64,000 nt of DNA from Octopus vulgaris (lineage: Eukaryota): the NCBI GenBank assembly GCA_951406725.2, contig OX597814.1, positions 26,102,001-26,166,000 of the forward strand. The letters are read 5' to 3'. The number at the start of each line of letters is the position of its first letter. Within the stretch, counting starts at the first letter, position 1. Position numbers and translations under genes: made by a program. A model generated the notes under the pieces. The model did no database searches. It was not told the origin of the DNA and was given only the letters and a program-made list of their open reading frames with translations. Shown here piece by piece: positions 26,773-40,980 of the stretch.

Positions 26773-26980
26773 TTGGTCAGCTGGCAGAAACATTAGTACT
26801 CCAGGTGAAATGCCTAGCAGTATTTTGTCTGGCTGTTTACGTTCTGAGTTTAAATTCTGCCAAGGTCGACTTTGCCTTTCAGAGTCGATAAATTAAGTAC
26901 CAGTTGCATACTGAGTCGATCTAATCAACTGGCCCCCTCCCCCAAAATTTCAGGCCTTGTGCCTAGAGTAGGAAAGATTA
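26773..26980 (+). mobile_element. tRNA-derived SINE with Meta/MESC-like domain
   Basis: cagctggcagaaacattagtactccaggtgaaatgcctagc...ggtcgactttgcctttc...gtcgataaattaagtaccag. Confidence 0.8.
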
Positions 26981-28219
26981 TTTAAAAAATACACAAAATG
27001 AGTTATTTAAGATCGCCCTTTCCTGTCATGTCAAAATATTCTTTTTGTTGTTACTTTTATAGGATATTCTGGTTTAAAATGCTTGTTTTAATAAATTTGC
27101 ATTTTGAAAGTAAAATGTTCTTGAGTGTAAAGTTATTTGTCCATAAATTAGATTATGTAGGTAGGTAGAAAGTAGATAGACATGCTTGTAGTAAGAAGTG
27201 AGTTAGAAATGACTTAGCTTGTAAAATATTGGAATACAAGCCAAACTATTGATCATGTATATGCTGTCACTGGTACTTTTGTGACATACACAAATCACAG
27301 CAAACTGAGAATTTTACCAAGTTTCTAGATTCTGAAGATTTGAGATTTGATACAAATAATTCAAAAGATACAATAATTCCTTGAGCCTTTAGATATTCTA
27401 CATGTTCAGGGCCCTTAAGCATTTGAGAGATAATATTGTCCTATTGTTTTTATTGTGCTTAATGGAAAGAAGCAGTTGTGGTCTGTGCCCTAGTTGCTTT
27501 AGTTTTGAGAACATTTTTCAAGCAAGTATTTGATAAAGGAGTTTGTTTGCTATTGCTATGATCATTAAAGTTATTATCATTATTATTATTATGGTGATAG
27601 AAAAAAAATTTTAATTTTTTTTTTTTTTCAATTCACTTTTTATGGTGATCTCATTTTGTGTGCATGTGAGATACAAATATTTGATAGTTTCCCACTTTTC
27701 ATTGGTTTATATTCTCTGTTATTTTGTTGTTTAGTTACTACAACATAAAGTGATATCTGAAGAAGAGCTATTAAAATTTACAAGTAAAGATAATATGTTA
27801 GTATGAGCTGTTTAGTAATGTAAAGGAAGTTTAGTTTTGACACTATTATAATACCTCTTATATCTATCTGTCATGAAGGCATGTAATTTAGTGGTTACGA
27901 TGTTGAGCTCATACTCAACAAACCATGGATCTAATTTCTGCATCAAGCTGCACATTGTGTCCTTGAGCAAAATGCTTAATTTCACTTTGTTCCATCTGCT
28001 CTGCCGTAAATGAGTACCAGTCTAATGGTGAGACATCTTTTTCTCTCCCATTGGCAGTCATGTTCAGTACTCTACTGGTTAAGAGTGCAAGGGTCAAGAT
28101 GGGATCTATGTCTGCTTGCAACAACATAGGCACCTAAAACTCTTTCTGACAGTGTGGTACAAGCTACCAGCTAAAACTCACTTTTGGGTGATGGCCAAGC
28201 AATATTATTTGGTTCTAAA

Positions 28220-28842
28220 ACTCGATACATAAGAAATGAACTTACACATATCTGGAATAAATGTAGCAAGACAGAAGACCAAATCATACACACTGCATAC
28301 TTCATAGATGTACTGAAGATGAATGGATACCCAACATCCACAATGAATCAACTGAAGAATCGAAGGTGCTGCAGGCATAGGACCTCTGCTAACATCTGCT
28401 TTATAAAATAACCATAGCTATCCGTAGGGCTATCCACAAAGAAGGACTGGACATACAGTTAGTACACTTCAGCTCTTTTCTGCATGGATACCTATCTAAA
28501 AAGCAATCCAGAAACAACAATCAATGCTCACTGACTAATTGCCTTATCCATGATACAGGTATGTGCCAGCGGATACATGTAGTATACTAGATTGAATGCA
28601 ACAAATGTAAGAAGTTCTACATTGGTAGCAAAACTTGAACACGCCACACTTACATTAAAGAACACCTCAACACATGCGCATCCTCATTCAAAAGACTCAT
28701 TGACAAATTTAGAAACATTGACCAACATATCATTATCATTAAAGCCAATGATAGAAATATGGGGAACTTAAGAATTAAGGAAACCTTGCTCATACATAGA
28801 CTCAGCCCACAAATAAATAATAGATTAGAACTCAGCACATAA
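28220..28842 (+). pseudogene. Penelope-like element: RT thumb, Cys-rich linker and GIY-YIG endonuclease remnant
   Basis: LKMNGYP...CSLTNCLIHDTGMCQRIHVVY*IECNKCKKFYIGSKT*TRHTYIKEHLN...LRIKETLLIHRLSPQINNRLEL*. Confidence 0.88.
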
Positions 28843-29063
28843 TACTTGACAGAAAGGACACACCCACAGGCACACAAACTAAACATCTCATACAAAAGAA
28901 AAAAATGATTTCACAAAATACTATATTAGCAATTGACATCATTCACATGGAAAGCAAAATAACCATCAAAAATGCTTGAAAACGACCTAAGAAAAAATTT
29001 TAATCAAAATGTTATCCCAAAGAGGGAAAAATAAAACATTATCCAATGAAAGTTCCTTAAACC

Positions 29064-29098
29064 CTGATGAAGGGACTGTTAGGTCTTAAAATATTGGA
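29064..29098 (+). ncRNA. Degenerate hammerhead core in the PLE 3' repeat
   Basis: CTGATGA agggac tgttag gtctt AAAA. GAAA is mutated and stems I/III are not evident. Lies ~220 bp after the PLE stop codon. Confidence 0.45.
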
Positions 29099-29299
29099 CA
29101 GATAAAAGTACAACAGCAACAACAATAAGAAAAAACAAAACAAAGATTACCAGGTAATTTACTTTTAATTTCTATTACCTCATCTTGCTGTCCATTTTGC
29201 ATTGTTTAGCTTTCTATCTCTTTAAACGTTATTATTTGCATTATTTTTATGCCAAGGTATGCTGTGAATATTGAAACCTTCCTAACTGATGGCATTTAG

Positions 29300-29417
29300 A
29301 GTATGCTGCTGTGTTCTAGTTAGAGGAGTATACAACTTTTAAAGGGAACCAGTAATGCGTTGTATGTGGAATGTTGATATTTTTGGTATTGATGGCTCTC
29401 ATTTTGAATGTTGTTCA

Positions 29418-29461
<44 letters not shown>

Positions 29462-29670
29462 ATTGAATGCATGCTTTTTATTATATATTAAGAGACCTTC
29501 ACTATGGCTTTTTTCCTATCATGCCTTAAGGAATTTGAGGGGATTTGTGTTGCAGTTGCAGCATTATTCCCAGCATTATGTCCACAGATATTTTGTGTAA
29601 TGATGTTGGTAATTCCATTAAGTATGTTAGGCCATTAGTGTTGTATTTCAGTAAGTTTAGATTTGTTGAT
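29300..29670 (-). mobile_element. Ancient LINE apurinic-endonuclease remnant
   Basis: Minus strand NLLKYNTNGL, HDRKKSHSEGLLIY and NINIP resemble the APE motifs xLQWNxNG, DRxxxGGGLxIYI and NIYIPP. Confidence 0.4.
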
Positions 29671-31809
29671 TTATGTTTACATGGGTACATTTGCTATTTT
29701 GTTTGTTGGTGTACATTTTCATATATTGGCTATGTTTTGTGAGGAGTTAAACTCATGAGAAGGAAGGTAATAGTGATACTTCTGATTTAATTGTAATTTG
29801 AGATTAGATTATTTGAGATTTAGTGCTTTGTATTGTCTTTTAATGTGCATGTGAATGTTTTGCTGCAGTACTCTTATCTGTCTGGTGATTTATTGTCAGT
29901 TTTATGCAGTCATCACTAACAGATTTTTTCTACATATGATGTTGAATCATCTATTGTACAACAGGTTTCTGTATGTCTAACTTTTATTTGACCAGTTTTC
30001 TGGCTACAACTATCAGGTCTTCATTTCTGGCACATTTAATTTAAGATTAAATTCTTTTAAATATTCATCTTTCTTTTGTTACATATAGCAAATTAAGCAA
30101 ACAAAATTAGCTCCTTTAATATAATTAACTGAATTGAGTACTAGTAACTTATAGCAAGGAGAATTATGTAACTTAATCATCTATTAGTACCACCATCTTT
30201 TGACAGGTCTCCATATTAAAACATTCATCTTGACAGTATGAATTTGTTAGCACATTTGATATCCTGTAACTTTCCCAACAGATTGACAAAGTAATATTTC
30301 TAAATGTTAATTTTATGTATCTGTAGAAAATTAAAGAAATGTTTGCAGAGATAACAACAGTAGTAGATTAAATATAATTTTTCATTTATTTTCTCTATTC
30401 CAGCAAAAGATAGATAATTTTTTTCCCAATTTTATTGGTACACTAATTCAATATTGTTAGAGAATATATGGTGGATGGGTACAGTTTTGAAATAGAACAG
30501 TAATTCAAACATGGAATATGAAGATTTTAATTTACAGCATCAATCAAAGAACGTTTACATAGAAAAACTACATACAAAGTCAACTGAATAATTTTTGTGG
30601 TGCAGAAAGTGTCATCAAAATTGACCAGGTGGAAAAGGTAAGGCAATTTTGTATTTCATTCCATAAGAACATGTATTTAGACTAGGCCTATGAGAGTTGC
30701 TCAAAATTGTAAAATAATAACTATAAGTGAATGACATTCAGTTAATATTTCATATGAATGCTGCGTGTTTGCTTGCAGATCATTGCACAGAAGAAAAAGA
30801 CTAAGTTAGCACATCTTTTCAAACTGGAAGAAACTGACATTGCCAAATGATGTCTTATTCATCTTAATTTGTCTTGTAGTTTGAAATAGCTGAAAGGAAA
30901 AGCTTTTCTGTTGTGTTGCATTTTTAATGTCTATGAAAGGTGAACAGCAGGTCAATCTGTTCTGTCAGGGCTGAAGCCAAAAGTGAGAGACAATCATGTG
31001 TTTTGCCAAAGCAAACCAAAGAGCAAAAGGCCAAGAGCTAAGAGAGTCTGGAGTAAAACTGTTAACTCATGGCTACTAATGGCAAGAGTCAATAGGGAAA
31101 AAAATTTTTTGAGTTTTGCCTTATATGTCCAAAATGACCACCAGATGACTGTTGATCTATTTCAATTATCGTGCTTATTTGTTTTTAATGCCCACTTATG
31201 TATAATGTACACCACTATATTGGAGTGAAGAAATGCCCAAAAAGTATGTTGTGTATAATACACACTGACTTTTTCTTGAGAGTAATCTTTCAGGAAAGGT
31301 CCTGAAAGATAGCTTAATTAAGTGGCTTAATTTAAAATGAGAGCAACAATAAGGTTATAATAAGCTATGTAAAAAAAATAGCTTGGCTTTCTTGAATATG
31401 TAAATGTTTCACAACAGTTGAATCATGTATCACCTTTTAAGATCTTTTATTTTAGATTTTTTTTCAACAGTCTGTCTCTTCCAAAACTTGTCAAATAAAT
31501 AATCATAATTATGTTTATATTTCCTAAAAATGATCTTTGAACTTTATCAGTGTTGTCCATAAAAGAGCACTTGTATAAATTCAATATGTTTGTCTTTTTG
31601 GTTTGTTTTGTTTTTTTTTCTTCTTAGAAATCAATTTGAATTTGATTATGATATATTCAGTTTCACTACATGTTGTCACAGAAGAACAAATGTTCTACTG
31701 AAAATTTTTTAAACATCTCTAATATTTTCATCACACAATTTTAAAACAGACTTTTTACTTCGATGTTTTGACCTTCAGACATTTAGGATCTGGCAAACTT
31801 TCTTTTTAA

Positions 31810-33125
31810 CATGCATGGTTGTGTGGCAAGAAGTTTGCTTCCAAACCACATGGGTTTGGATTCAGTCCTACTGCATGATGTCTTGGACAAGTGGCTTCTA
31901 CTATAGCTTCAGGTCAACCCAAACCTTGTGAGTAGACAGAAACTGAAAAAAGCCCATTGTATATGTGTATATATGGAGTGTTTAGACTAAATTTGACAGT
32001 GCACATAAGAAGGGAAATAAAAGCTACAATATCACACCCCAAAAGAAAAGTACTTAAAAAAATCAAAAATTAGCAACCAGTTAATTAGCAAACATAAAAT
32101 CAAAAATTAGCAACTAGCTGTTTACTTAAAACAGTTTAGTTAAAATAGGCACCTTTGGCTTCCACCTTGGCCTCAAGACAGCTCCAGAACCTGGGATATG
32201 CATTCTTCCTCATGTTCCTATGAAGATCTTTGAATGCCTCCTTGATCTTGGCCACCACCTCAGCCTTGGTAAATCAGGTAGAGTTTTTTTAACTTTGTTC
32301 CACACATCCATGGGATTACAATCAAGGAAATTCAGAACACAGAAATTGGAGCTGGTGAAGTCATAGATTTTTTTCCAACAACCACATCTAACAATTTCTG
32401 GAAGTAAAGCAAGGAGCCATATCATGCTGCTACACATATGGCCTTCCAGCAGCAGCCATCTCCAGCCAGGGTTTGACTACAGTCTTTAGCAGCTTTACAT
32501 AACCATCTGAAGTGAGCCTAAAGCCCTGTTCAAAGATGTGGGATGGATTCAGAAATGCAGATGCAGTCAGAACACCTGCCAAGACACTTCCTGCTGGCCA
32601 TGGTTTCCTAGCTGCCACTGCAACTGGCTATGCCACATCTTACAACCTTTACAGTGTTCACAGAACACTGAGCAGCAGTCATGACACCAGCATTTTAATA
32701 TCTGATGCTAATCATTATGATATAGGTAACTCTTCTCCAATATTCAGATGATTTTCATTCCTCCATATCAGCTACCTTTTTTTCAACTACAACTTTAATC
32801 TTTATGTTCTCCAATGCCATTGACTGCTCACAAATATGTCAAAAAAGAAACATAAAAATCATCAAATTTAACCCAAACTGTGTGCATGAGTGTGTGTATT
32901 TATATGATTGTATGTATGTGTGTGTGTAGCTATGTTTGTGTGTTTATGTTTGTCCTCTTCTATCTCTTTTCAACCGATATTAGCTTATTTATATCCCTAT
33001 AACGTTCAACAAAATGAATCTTGTAGAACAAGTATCAGGCTTAAAAATAAGTACTGGAATTGATTTGTTCAACAAATCCTTTCCTGTTGGTGTCCCAGCA
33101 TAGCCATAGTTCTAAAACTGAAAAA
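31810..33125 (+). mobile_element. Composite SINE interrupted by a DNA transposon
   Basis: SINE head 31810-31960 and 3' domain 32930-33125 flank the maT-like element. Confidence 0.7.
31975..32885 (-). mobile_element. DD37D/maT-like transposon remnant
   Basis: PSHIFEQGFRLTSDGYVKLLKTVVKPWLEMAAAGRPYV*QHDMAPC...NFLDCNPMD. Weak TIRs gtttagactaaatttga / tcaaatttaacccaaac. Confidence 0.8.
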
Positions 33126-33619
33126 ATAAAAGTAAGTATGATTATGCAAGTTATATCATTTAATATAATACTGGAATTATAGGATACAACAAAAAGAAAT
33201 AGTTTTATATAAATTGTGTATATATTAAATGATTTTAACATATTGCCTAGAACACCTTTGAAGTATAATCTATTACAAAAGATTATTGAAACACATAACA
33301 TTTTCAGAAGTTCATATTACTATAATATGGTCACATACTTGCACTTAATGTACACTCATAAGATTTCAATCCATTCTTTAAAATCTACCTTTATTTCCAT
33401 AATCAGTTTTCTTTATATTTCACAATAAACTTTAAATGACAATAATTTTTTTCTCTGGTTTTATTGTAGGTATCTTATCATTATGTATTTCATATTCTAT
33501 GTTCACTAAATTCTGGATTACTAACCATACTTAAGCCAATTGCTCAAAAACATGAGTGGTTTTTGGTATGAAATCTCTTTATGATGACAAGATATATACA
33601 TTTATTCTGATTTGATGCA

Positions 33620-33960
33620 AGTGTGACTGTGTAGTTGAGAAGCTTGATTCCCAGCCATGTGGTCTTAGGTTCAGTTACACTGTATGGTACCTTGGGTGTC
33701 TTCTATAACTCCAGACCAACAAAAGCTTTGAGTGTATTGTGAATTTGGTAGGCAAAAACAGACAGAAGTCTGTTGTTTGTATCATCATGCTCATCATCAT
33801 TTAATGTCTGTTTTCCATGCTGGACAGTTTTACAGGAGCTGTCAAGCCAGAGGGCTGCACCAGCCTCCAGTTGTCTGTTTGGCATGGTTTCTACAACTGG
33901 AGGCCCTTCCTAACACCAACTACTATACAAAGTGTACTGGACACTTTTTATGTTGTGCCA
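33620..33960. mobile_element. SINE head (+) followed by RTE tail (-)
   Basis: gtgactgtgtagttgagaagcttg...ggttcagtt, then catcatttaatgtctgttttccatgc. Confidence 0.65.
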
Positions 33961-36022
33961 GTGTTGGTACTTTTTACATGTGTGTATGTATCTGTTTGTG
34001 TATCTATGTGCTTGTGCATACCCTTGCCTAGACATCATGTGATAGTTGTAAATGAGCAATGTTGTCTATCTCCAGTTTTCTGAAAAAAAAACATGGTTAA
34101 ACATGGTCAAGTATGAGAAAATATTTATCTTGCTTGGAAACTGGTGAATGTTGGTGAAAGTAAGGACATCCAATCATAGTAAATCTGACTCTGCAAATTT
34201 TGTCAGACCCATGCTAGTGGATGCTAAAGAATGAAGATGATGATGATTTCAGTAGCAGCATTTCAGATTATAACATCTTTCTATTGCAAACAATTGATGT
34301 TTGCAAAAACAGTAGTTATCTTCTAAGGCAAAATCTACTATCAACCCTATGTTAATTTTATTTCAGAGTTTGGCTCTCACTAATGGCTTTTATCTATTAT
34401 TGTACAAGTAGCATCATCACTTCTGATTTTAAGTTTGCAGAAAAGAAAAAGAAATTGATTACAATTTGCAAACAAGAAACTACAAGTTGAGCTATTTCAA
34501 AATTTTGAGGAAGAATAGGTCAAAAGTATGGTGGGTGATATATACTGAGTCAAAATATATAGATACGAATGAGAAGCTGATTAAGTTACAGAGATAAGTC
34601 CTTTGAAAACTATTGTTCCACATTGGTCCATATATAAACAGCATATTGTCAGCTGAACGTAATAAAACGTTTCAGTGAACCAGAAATTGGAACCTTTAAG
34701 TCTGCAACATGTTGTAATGATCAATAAAGATAAATATTTGGAAATATTCACAAAACTCCTTCCATACAGAAGCAGCAACAAAGGTTCTATATATTTATTT
34801 GTTTCTGTAAGTATACATTGATTAAAAAAAAAAGCATTTTCAAAAGAATCAAATAGTTTTGTTAAGTAACTGAAATTAAATTACCTTCTTCAAAGAATCT
34901 GAAATGAAATTAAAATCTCAGCCATTAGCAATTGCCCTAAAGAAATGACAGCAGTAAACTGAATAGATCAAAATTTTATGAAAAATGTTGCCAGTGTGTA
35001 TACACAAGCATACATACATACATACATATATATATAGATTGATATATATACACACACACATATATATACATATATATATAAACACATATTAATATAGATA
35101 GTTTAATATATATGTGCATATACATATTATATATATGTATATGTTTGTGTATGAGAGAGAGATATATAGATATATATATATATATACATACATACGTATG
35201 TATGCATATGATGTTTAAATATATATATATATATATATTTATATTTTACTTAAAACTTAACATTCTGGAATTGAACATTTCAAAGATTTATATTTCTAAT
35301 ATCTATCAAAAGCTGAAGTCTTTACTTTTCTAGCCTTTTATCTACTGTTGTTTCAGCAGAGAACTTTGGTTTATTTGCTTGTTTGGCTTTTAATTTATCA
35401 AAGAATACTTTTCATTTTAGTTTAGCAAATAAACAAGAAGTAAATTGAGCATTGAAACCTGTTTAAACTACTCTCTGTAAATATTTCATTTTAATAAAAG
35501 TGAATTTTGTCTGTACTCAACAATTTATGACAGGAATTAATAATAGATTCTGAATGTTGATAATTTCAAGCAGTTAGGTCGTAATTTTCTTCATCATAAA
35601 TTCTTCCCAGTTGCAGCTGACCAATTTGTTAGTTCTGTGTACTGGTCAATATGTCAGTGGTTCATTTCTTACCACATTACTGCACTAATTCAAACAACTC
35701 AAAACTTACAATTACCCTTTTTGCTTCACTATAAATAATTTGTTTTGGTCCTTTAGCTCCATATCTCTCTTGATTGAACACACTTATCACAAACTCTTTT
35801 GACATCAAACTGCCTCAGACCACCACTGCTTCTATGATACAAATTTCCAATTTTCAAGTGACCTAAATTAAAAACATCCATCAAAATTTCATATCAATTT
35901 ATTTTCCAAACACCATGTTTATGATAAACTCTGTATTTTCTAAATTAATTGAAATAAAAGCAGTAAAGTTTAAGAAAAATGGTAACAAAATATTTTCCAT
36001 TTGTATCCTATATTTTTTTTAG

Positions 36023-36129
36023 ATATTTAGTACTACTCTATCCAATATGTCCTTCCTACTTTTAGATGGCTGGATGTGCTATTTCTTGAATATTGAGCAA
36101 AAGATGGAGGTTTCCTTAGCAAACAAGAT
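36023..36129 (+). repeat. 107-bp inverted duplicate of 44072-44178
   Basis: Manual alignment to the reverse complement of 44072-44178: 5 mismatches, no gaps. Confidence 0.9.
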
Positions 36130-37624
36130 GTCTCATTGATTACTACAGTTATGAATGAATAAATTTATTGAGTTATATCCATGTGTATTCACTCTAGCCC
36201 ACGAAATTTAGCTCATGTGAATCCTAATTTGTAGAACACATATACTCCAATACGTAAGAAGGAAACATTGAAAAATCACTCCTACATTTCCTTTGTCTAT
36301 TGAATTAATACATGAAAAGTGCATTGTTAGTACTACTCAAACAACCAGCCTAGTCTAAGGGCTGTAACTATCATAAATTTCTGCTCACTCAATCAGATGA
36401 AATTTTAGATAAAAGTTGATGATAAATTAATATTTTATTTTTATTTTTTAATAAATTACTTTGATATATATAATATTTTGTAAATTAATACAAGGCAATT
36501 AATTAATACAAATTAATTTTCACATGTATATGAACAACACACACATATACACACACATTGTATGTGTGTGTATGTGTGTGAACATATACGTTTGCATATA
36601 CTAATTTCAAATATTAACATTTTTTGAAGTGGAAGAGATAATTTTGCATAAGGCAAATCAAAACAAAACAAAAAACTATGTTCAAACCCTTAATGAGCTT
36701 ATGGGTAATGACAAGAAAATTGATGATTATCATAAATATCAGCTGGCAACCAGCCAAAGATAAAAGATGAGCTAACAGTTCACCTTTTATCTTTTATATA
36801 ATAAATCTTAACAAGATTTGTTTTTTTCCTTTAAATATCTCACAATTTTCAAAGAAACAATGAAATGCTTCATATAAAATGATGAACTTATTGAAATGTG
36901 CATTTTCATAAACCAGCTAAATGTGGTAAAAAGAAATAATTGCTGAAGCTGTTGAGAGAATTGATTAAGAGGGATTTGAAGTTAAAGTATACAGAGTACA
37001 GCCATAGATAAAAATATTCAAAGTGATTAACAAGCATATTTTACATTTCTACATTAAATTTTGCAAATGTTCTCTGCAGGATACTGGTCAATCATCATCA
37101 TCATCATTCAACATCTGCTTTCTGTGCTGGCATGATTTAGATAGTTTGACTGGAACTGGTAAGTCAGAGAGCTGTACTAGGTTCCAGTCTGATTTGACTT
37201 GGTTTCTACAGCTGGATGCGCTTCCTAATGCAAACTACACCAAGAGTATTGTGGATGCCTCTCATGTGTCACTGGCACGTGTACCTTTTATGTGTCACCA
37301 GCACAGGTGCCTTTTATGTGTCACAAGCAGGGGTGCCTTTCATGTGTCACTTGCACCAGTGCCTTTTACTGAGAACAGTTGTGAAAATTTATTTTATGAT
37401 TACAGTATAAAAAATTTTTACTCATGCTTACATGTTTATTAATTCAGAACTTCTCCCACTTTCAATGGTGTGCATGATGGTGAGTACAAGACTTTCAGGA
37501 TGGGGTGCCAGTCCTTTGCAGACTCAAACTCCCATCTGTTGCTGGTACTTATTTTCAGCAGTGTGGACTGGAGCAATGTGAGTCTTGCTCAATGATACAA
37601 TTTGCTGCCTATATCAGGAATCAA

Positions 37625-38605
37625 ACCTGCTGCCTTGCAAAAGGAATGTGCTTTCATCTGGGTAACATGCACATTGTGAACTGGGGTGCTATCTTGGAGG
37701 AGGTGGACTCCTTTGGTCAGCATGCCATGCCTCTCTGCTTTGACGGCATCCCACAATTTCTGCAACAGAGAAGCATAATATGCCCCGTTAATTGTGGCAC
37801 CCAGAAAATCCATCATCACTCCTCCGTGCTGGTCCCAAAAGACTGTGAGCATCATCATGCCTGCTGAGAGTTGGACACAAGCCTTCTTTTGGAGGTGGTG
37901 AGTTATCATGCTTCCATTGCTTCGACTTGATCTTTGTCTGGGATCATATTGGTGGACTCATGTTTCATGCGGTGTGATAAGTTTGCTGAAAAAGTCCTCA
38001 TTTTCTTGGCACATTGTCAAAAGAGCCAGGGAGTAATTGACTCATTCCAGCTTCAGAAAAGGTGTGGGCATCTGGGGAATCCATCGTGCAGACAACTTCT
38101 GCACGTGCAACTGTTTGTGAATTATTTTTTCCTTGGACCTTACACTTATCTTCACTTATTAGGCTAGTTGCTATATAGTTATGTGGTGATCCTCCAAAAT
38201 GGTAGCTCCTACTTTATGGATGGTGTCCTCATCAATTGCAGAATGTGGTCATCCAGGAATAGAAGCAGTTTTAACCAATGTCTGACCACATTTGAACTGG
38301 TGATATCTGCTCTTGACTACATCATATGATGGTTCATCGTCACCATAACCTTCTTTCATCTCACTGAGAGTCTCTTTTAGTAATTGACCTTTATAGTATA
38401 AGAATCTGATCACTAATCTGCATTCAACTACCTCCATTATAACACCTTAGTTCACTTCAGCAGTTGTAAAAGACAAACTAATACTAGTAGAAAGCTGCAA
38501 TTTACAATGTGACGTGTAGAGACATGTATGATTATACTTGTACAAGTTCCATTTCCTGCAATAATCAAAAGTGAGTCAGAGGAAATCTTTAATGAACACT
38601 CCTTG
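37625..38605 (-). mobile_element. Mariner-family transposon, 3'-truncated
   Basis: TIR (ta)caaggagtgttcattaaag at 38605. MEVVECRLVIRFLYYKG...; SAGMMMLTVFWDQHGG...TINGAYYASLLQKL...LLQDSTPVH. Confidence 0.88.
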
Positions 38606-39489
38606 TATGCTTACATATTCAGTTTCTAGCTACCAAATTCCACTCACAAGGTAGTGGTCAAGACAAGATGCTGCACAGTAGGAATGAACCGGGACTCTGT
38701 GTGTGTGTGTGTGCATGTGTGTGTGCGTGCGCGTGTATGTGTGTTTATGTCTGTGTTCTGTGTTTGTCTGTTTGTTGTATGTGGTGGTGGGGGGGCTCCA
38801 AATATTTAATGGCTTTATGTAACCTTACGCAGTGTAATTGTGGTTTAAATTTATGACAAGAGTAGAAAATGAGGTTAATTAAGATTTAATGTTTTAAAAT
38901 TGTAAAATAGGCTGAATTTGTTATCAACTTTTATCAGAAGTACTAGCAATAGATGGGAGTTTAAGCCTGCAAAAAATTATCATTCCATAATTAAATTAAA
39001 ATGTTCAGCATATTAATTTAGTTGAAAAGTAGCAATAAGAAATAGAGCAGAACTGGTTATATATGAGATGGGAGTGAAGTAGGTGGTCTTTCCTCATACA
39101 TATGAAAAAGGAATCTGATAGTGTCTCCATTTTTTGAGTGTCTTTCATGAAGTAGTTGACATTATAGTATATCACGTTTAGAGCACACCTCTTTGTCTTC
39201 ACTGTTATACTCTCTGTCAAGTTATTCTCATTAAAGCTAGTTCCTGATTTCCATCATATTGATGAAGTTGTTATTGATAAAATTATTCTATGGTTCTGGC
39301 TCTACAGTATGGTCTTCAAATTCATTTTGGATGTACAACTGTGCTAATTCCTGCAGCTCATGATAGATTTGGCTGATAAGACCCAGCACGGGAGCCAGTC
39401 AGGTGACACTGTCATCAACCAAAAATCTAGGGAACTATAATCCCTACTGACAACAAAGTGATTCTGTTTTCAAGTGAAGAATAGATTGT

Positions 39490-39890
39490 ACAATACTTGC
39501 ATACAAGGTGCAGTGTTTCACAATCATGAAACATGGACAATGAAGGCTGGGAAGAAATAAGAAGATGAGAATGCTTCAGTGGACATCTCATGTTAGTGTA
39601 CCTGAACAACAGAGCACAAATGAGCTGAGAAAGAAAAATCTTGATATAAATGGAGTCAAATATAGTGTGCAAGAGAGAAGACTGAGCAGTGACAAACATA
39701 TGATGCAAAAAGAGGATAGCATTTGGTTAAAAAGTGCCAAGAGCTTCAATTAAAAGGAATCTGAAAAGGAGTAAGATTTGGAAGCCATGGAAGGAAATGG
39801 TGGAAGCTGATCTCAAGATACTGAACTTAACAAAGTAGATCACAAGTGACCATGACAAATAAAGGGATATTGTTCCAGAGAAGACCTGTT
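39490..39890 (+). mobile_element. RTE LINE C-terminal remnant
   Basis: MRMLQWTSHVSVPEQQSTNELRKKNLDINGVKYSVQERRL. Confidence 0.75.
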
Positions 39891-40945
39891 CAAAGAAGGC
39901 CCATCTTGAAAATCATATCAAATTATCATGATGATGATGGTCAATGATGATAATGATGATAGAAATGATGATGTATCCTCTTCTTACACTTTGATAAGTG
40001 TACAAATAACATTTTATGCATATTTTTTTTTATTAATATCAATCACAAAATATTCCTTTTATTTCTGTTAATTTATTATGTTAATAAGAATACATCGAAA
40101 TTCAATGAAAATTTTCGACAATATTTTTTTATCTAAAATATTAATTTAAAATAGATGAAGATTAAAACGTCTTAAAATAATGTGAACAATGGCTCATATT
40201 TCTTGAAAATAAAAAGGAAGATAAATGCAACTGATGATCATGAGATTGGAAGTCTTGTATTAACAAATCTATACATCTGAGTTCAAATACTACATTGGTC
40301 AACTTTACCATTCATTCCAGATTGAGTGAGTAAAAAGGAATCAACAAGAATAGTGTGTTTGATTAAATTTTCTAGATGTGAGTGCCCCCTTGAAAAAAAA
40401 AAGCTAGTTTTATTCCTTGTCAAAAGAAATCAATATGAATTGAAAGAAGTTCTTATAAAAATAGAAAAATAAATGATATTATAAGCATCATTCTATTTCA
40501 TTGGTCAAACCAAAAAAAATTATGAATATATATTATTGTATTCTGCTTAATAGAGAAGTTGACAAAAGTCGCTGAAATAGAACTCATTGAAGAAACTCAA
40601 AGAAGTTATATTTCATATGGCCTAACAACAATATATAACATTAAGTATATTTTTGTGCATCATTTTCTTCAGCTTTCAACATAGAGAAATTCCTCTTTAA
40701 CAAACTACAGCTAGTACTGTTTATTATTCTAGAACTAATTTCGTTCTTGGAAAGAAATATATGAGAGAAAAAAAAAGACATTGTGAACATTTATCTTAAA
40801 GTTTTTCTCTAGCAAAACATTTTAACTTTTTATTTTTCTTGCTGTTCTTTTTTTTTTACTTTTCACTTCCTAAAATCAATACCATCAGCCATAGAATTAT
40901 CTGCTTAGACAACAAGTAGCAAGTCAGCCATTACAACAACAACAG

Positions 40946-40980
<35 letters not shown>

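Noticed and set aside
30538-30643. Exon-like segment ending aag|gtaagg
   Set aside because: Stops in all three frames from the upstream acceptor. A shorter 32-nt option is uninformative and there is no partner exon.
39005-39400. Acidic minus-strand peptides suggesting a piggyBac N-terminus
   Set aside because: No diagnostic motif or TIR; too weak to call.
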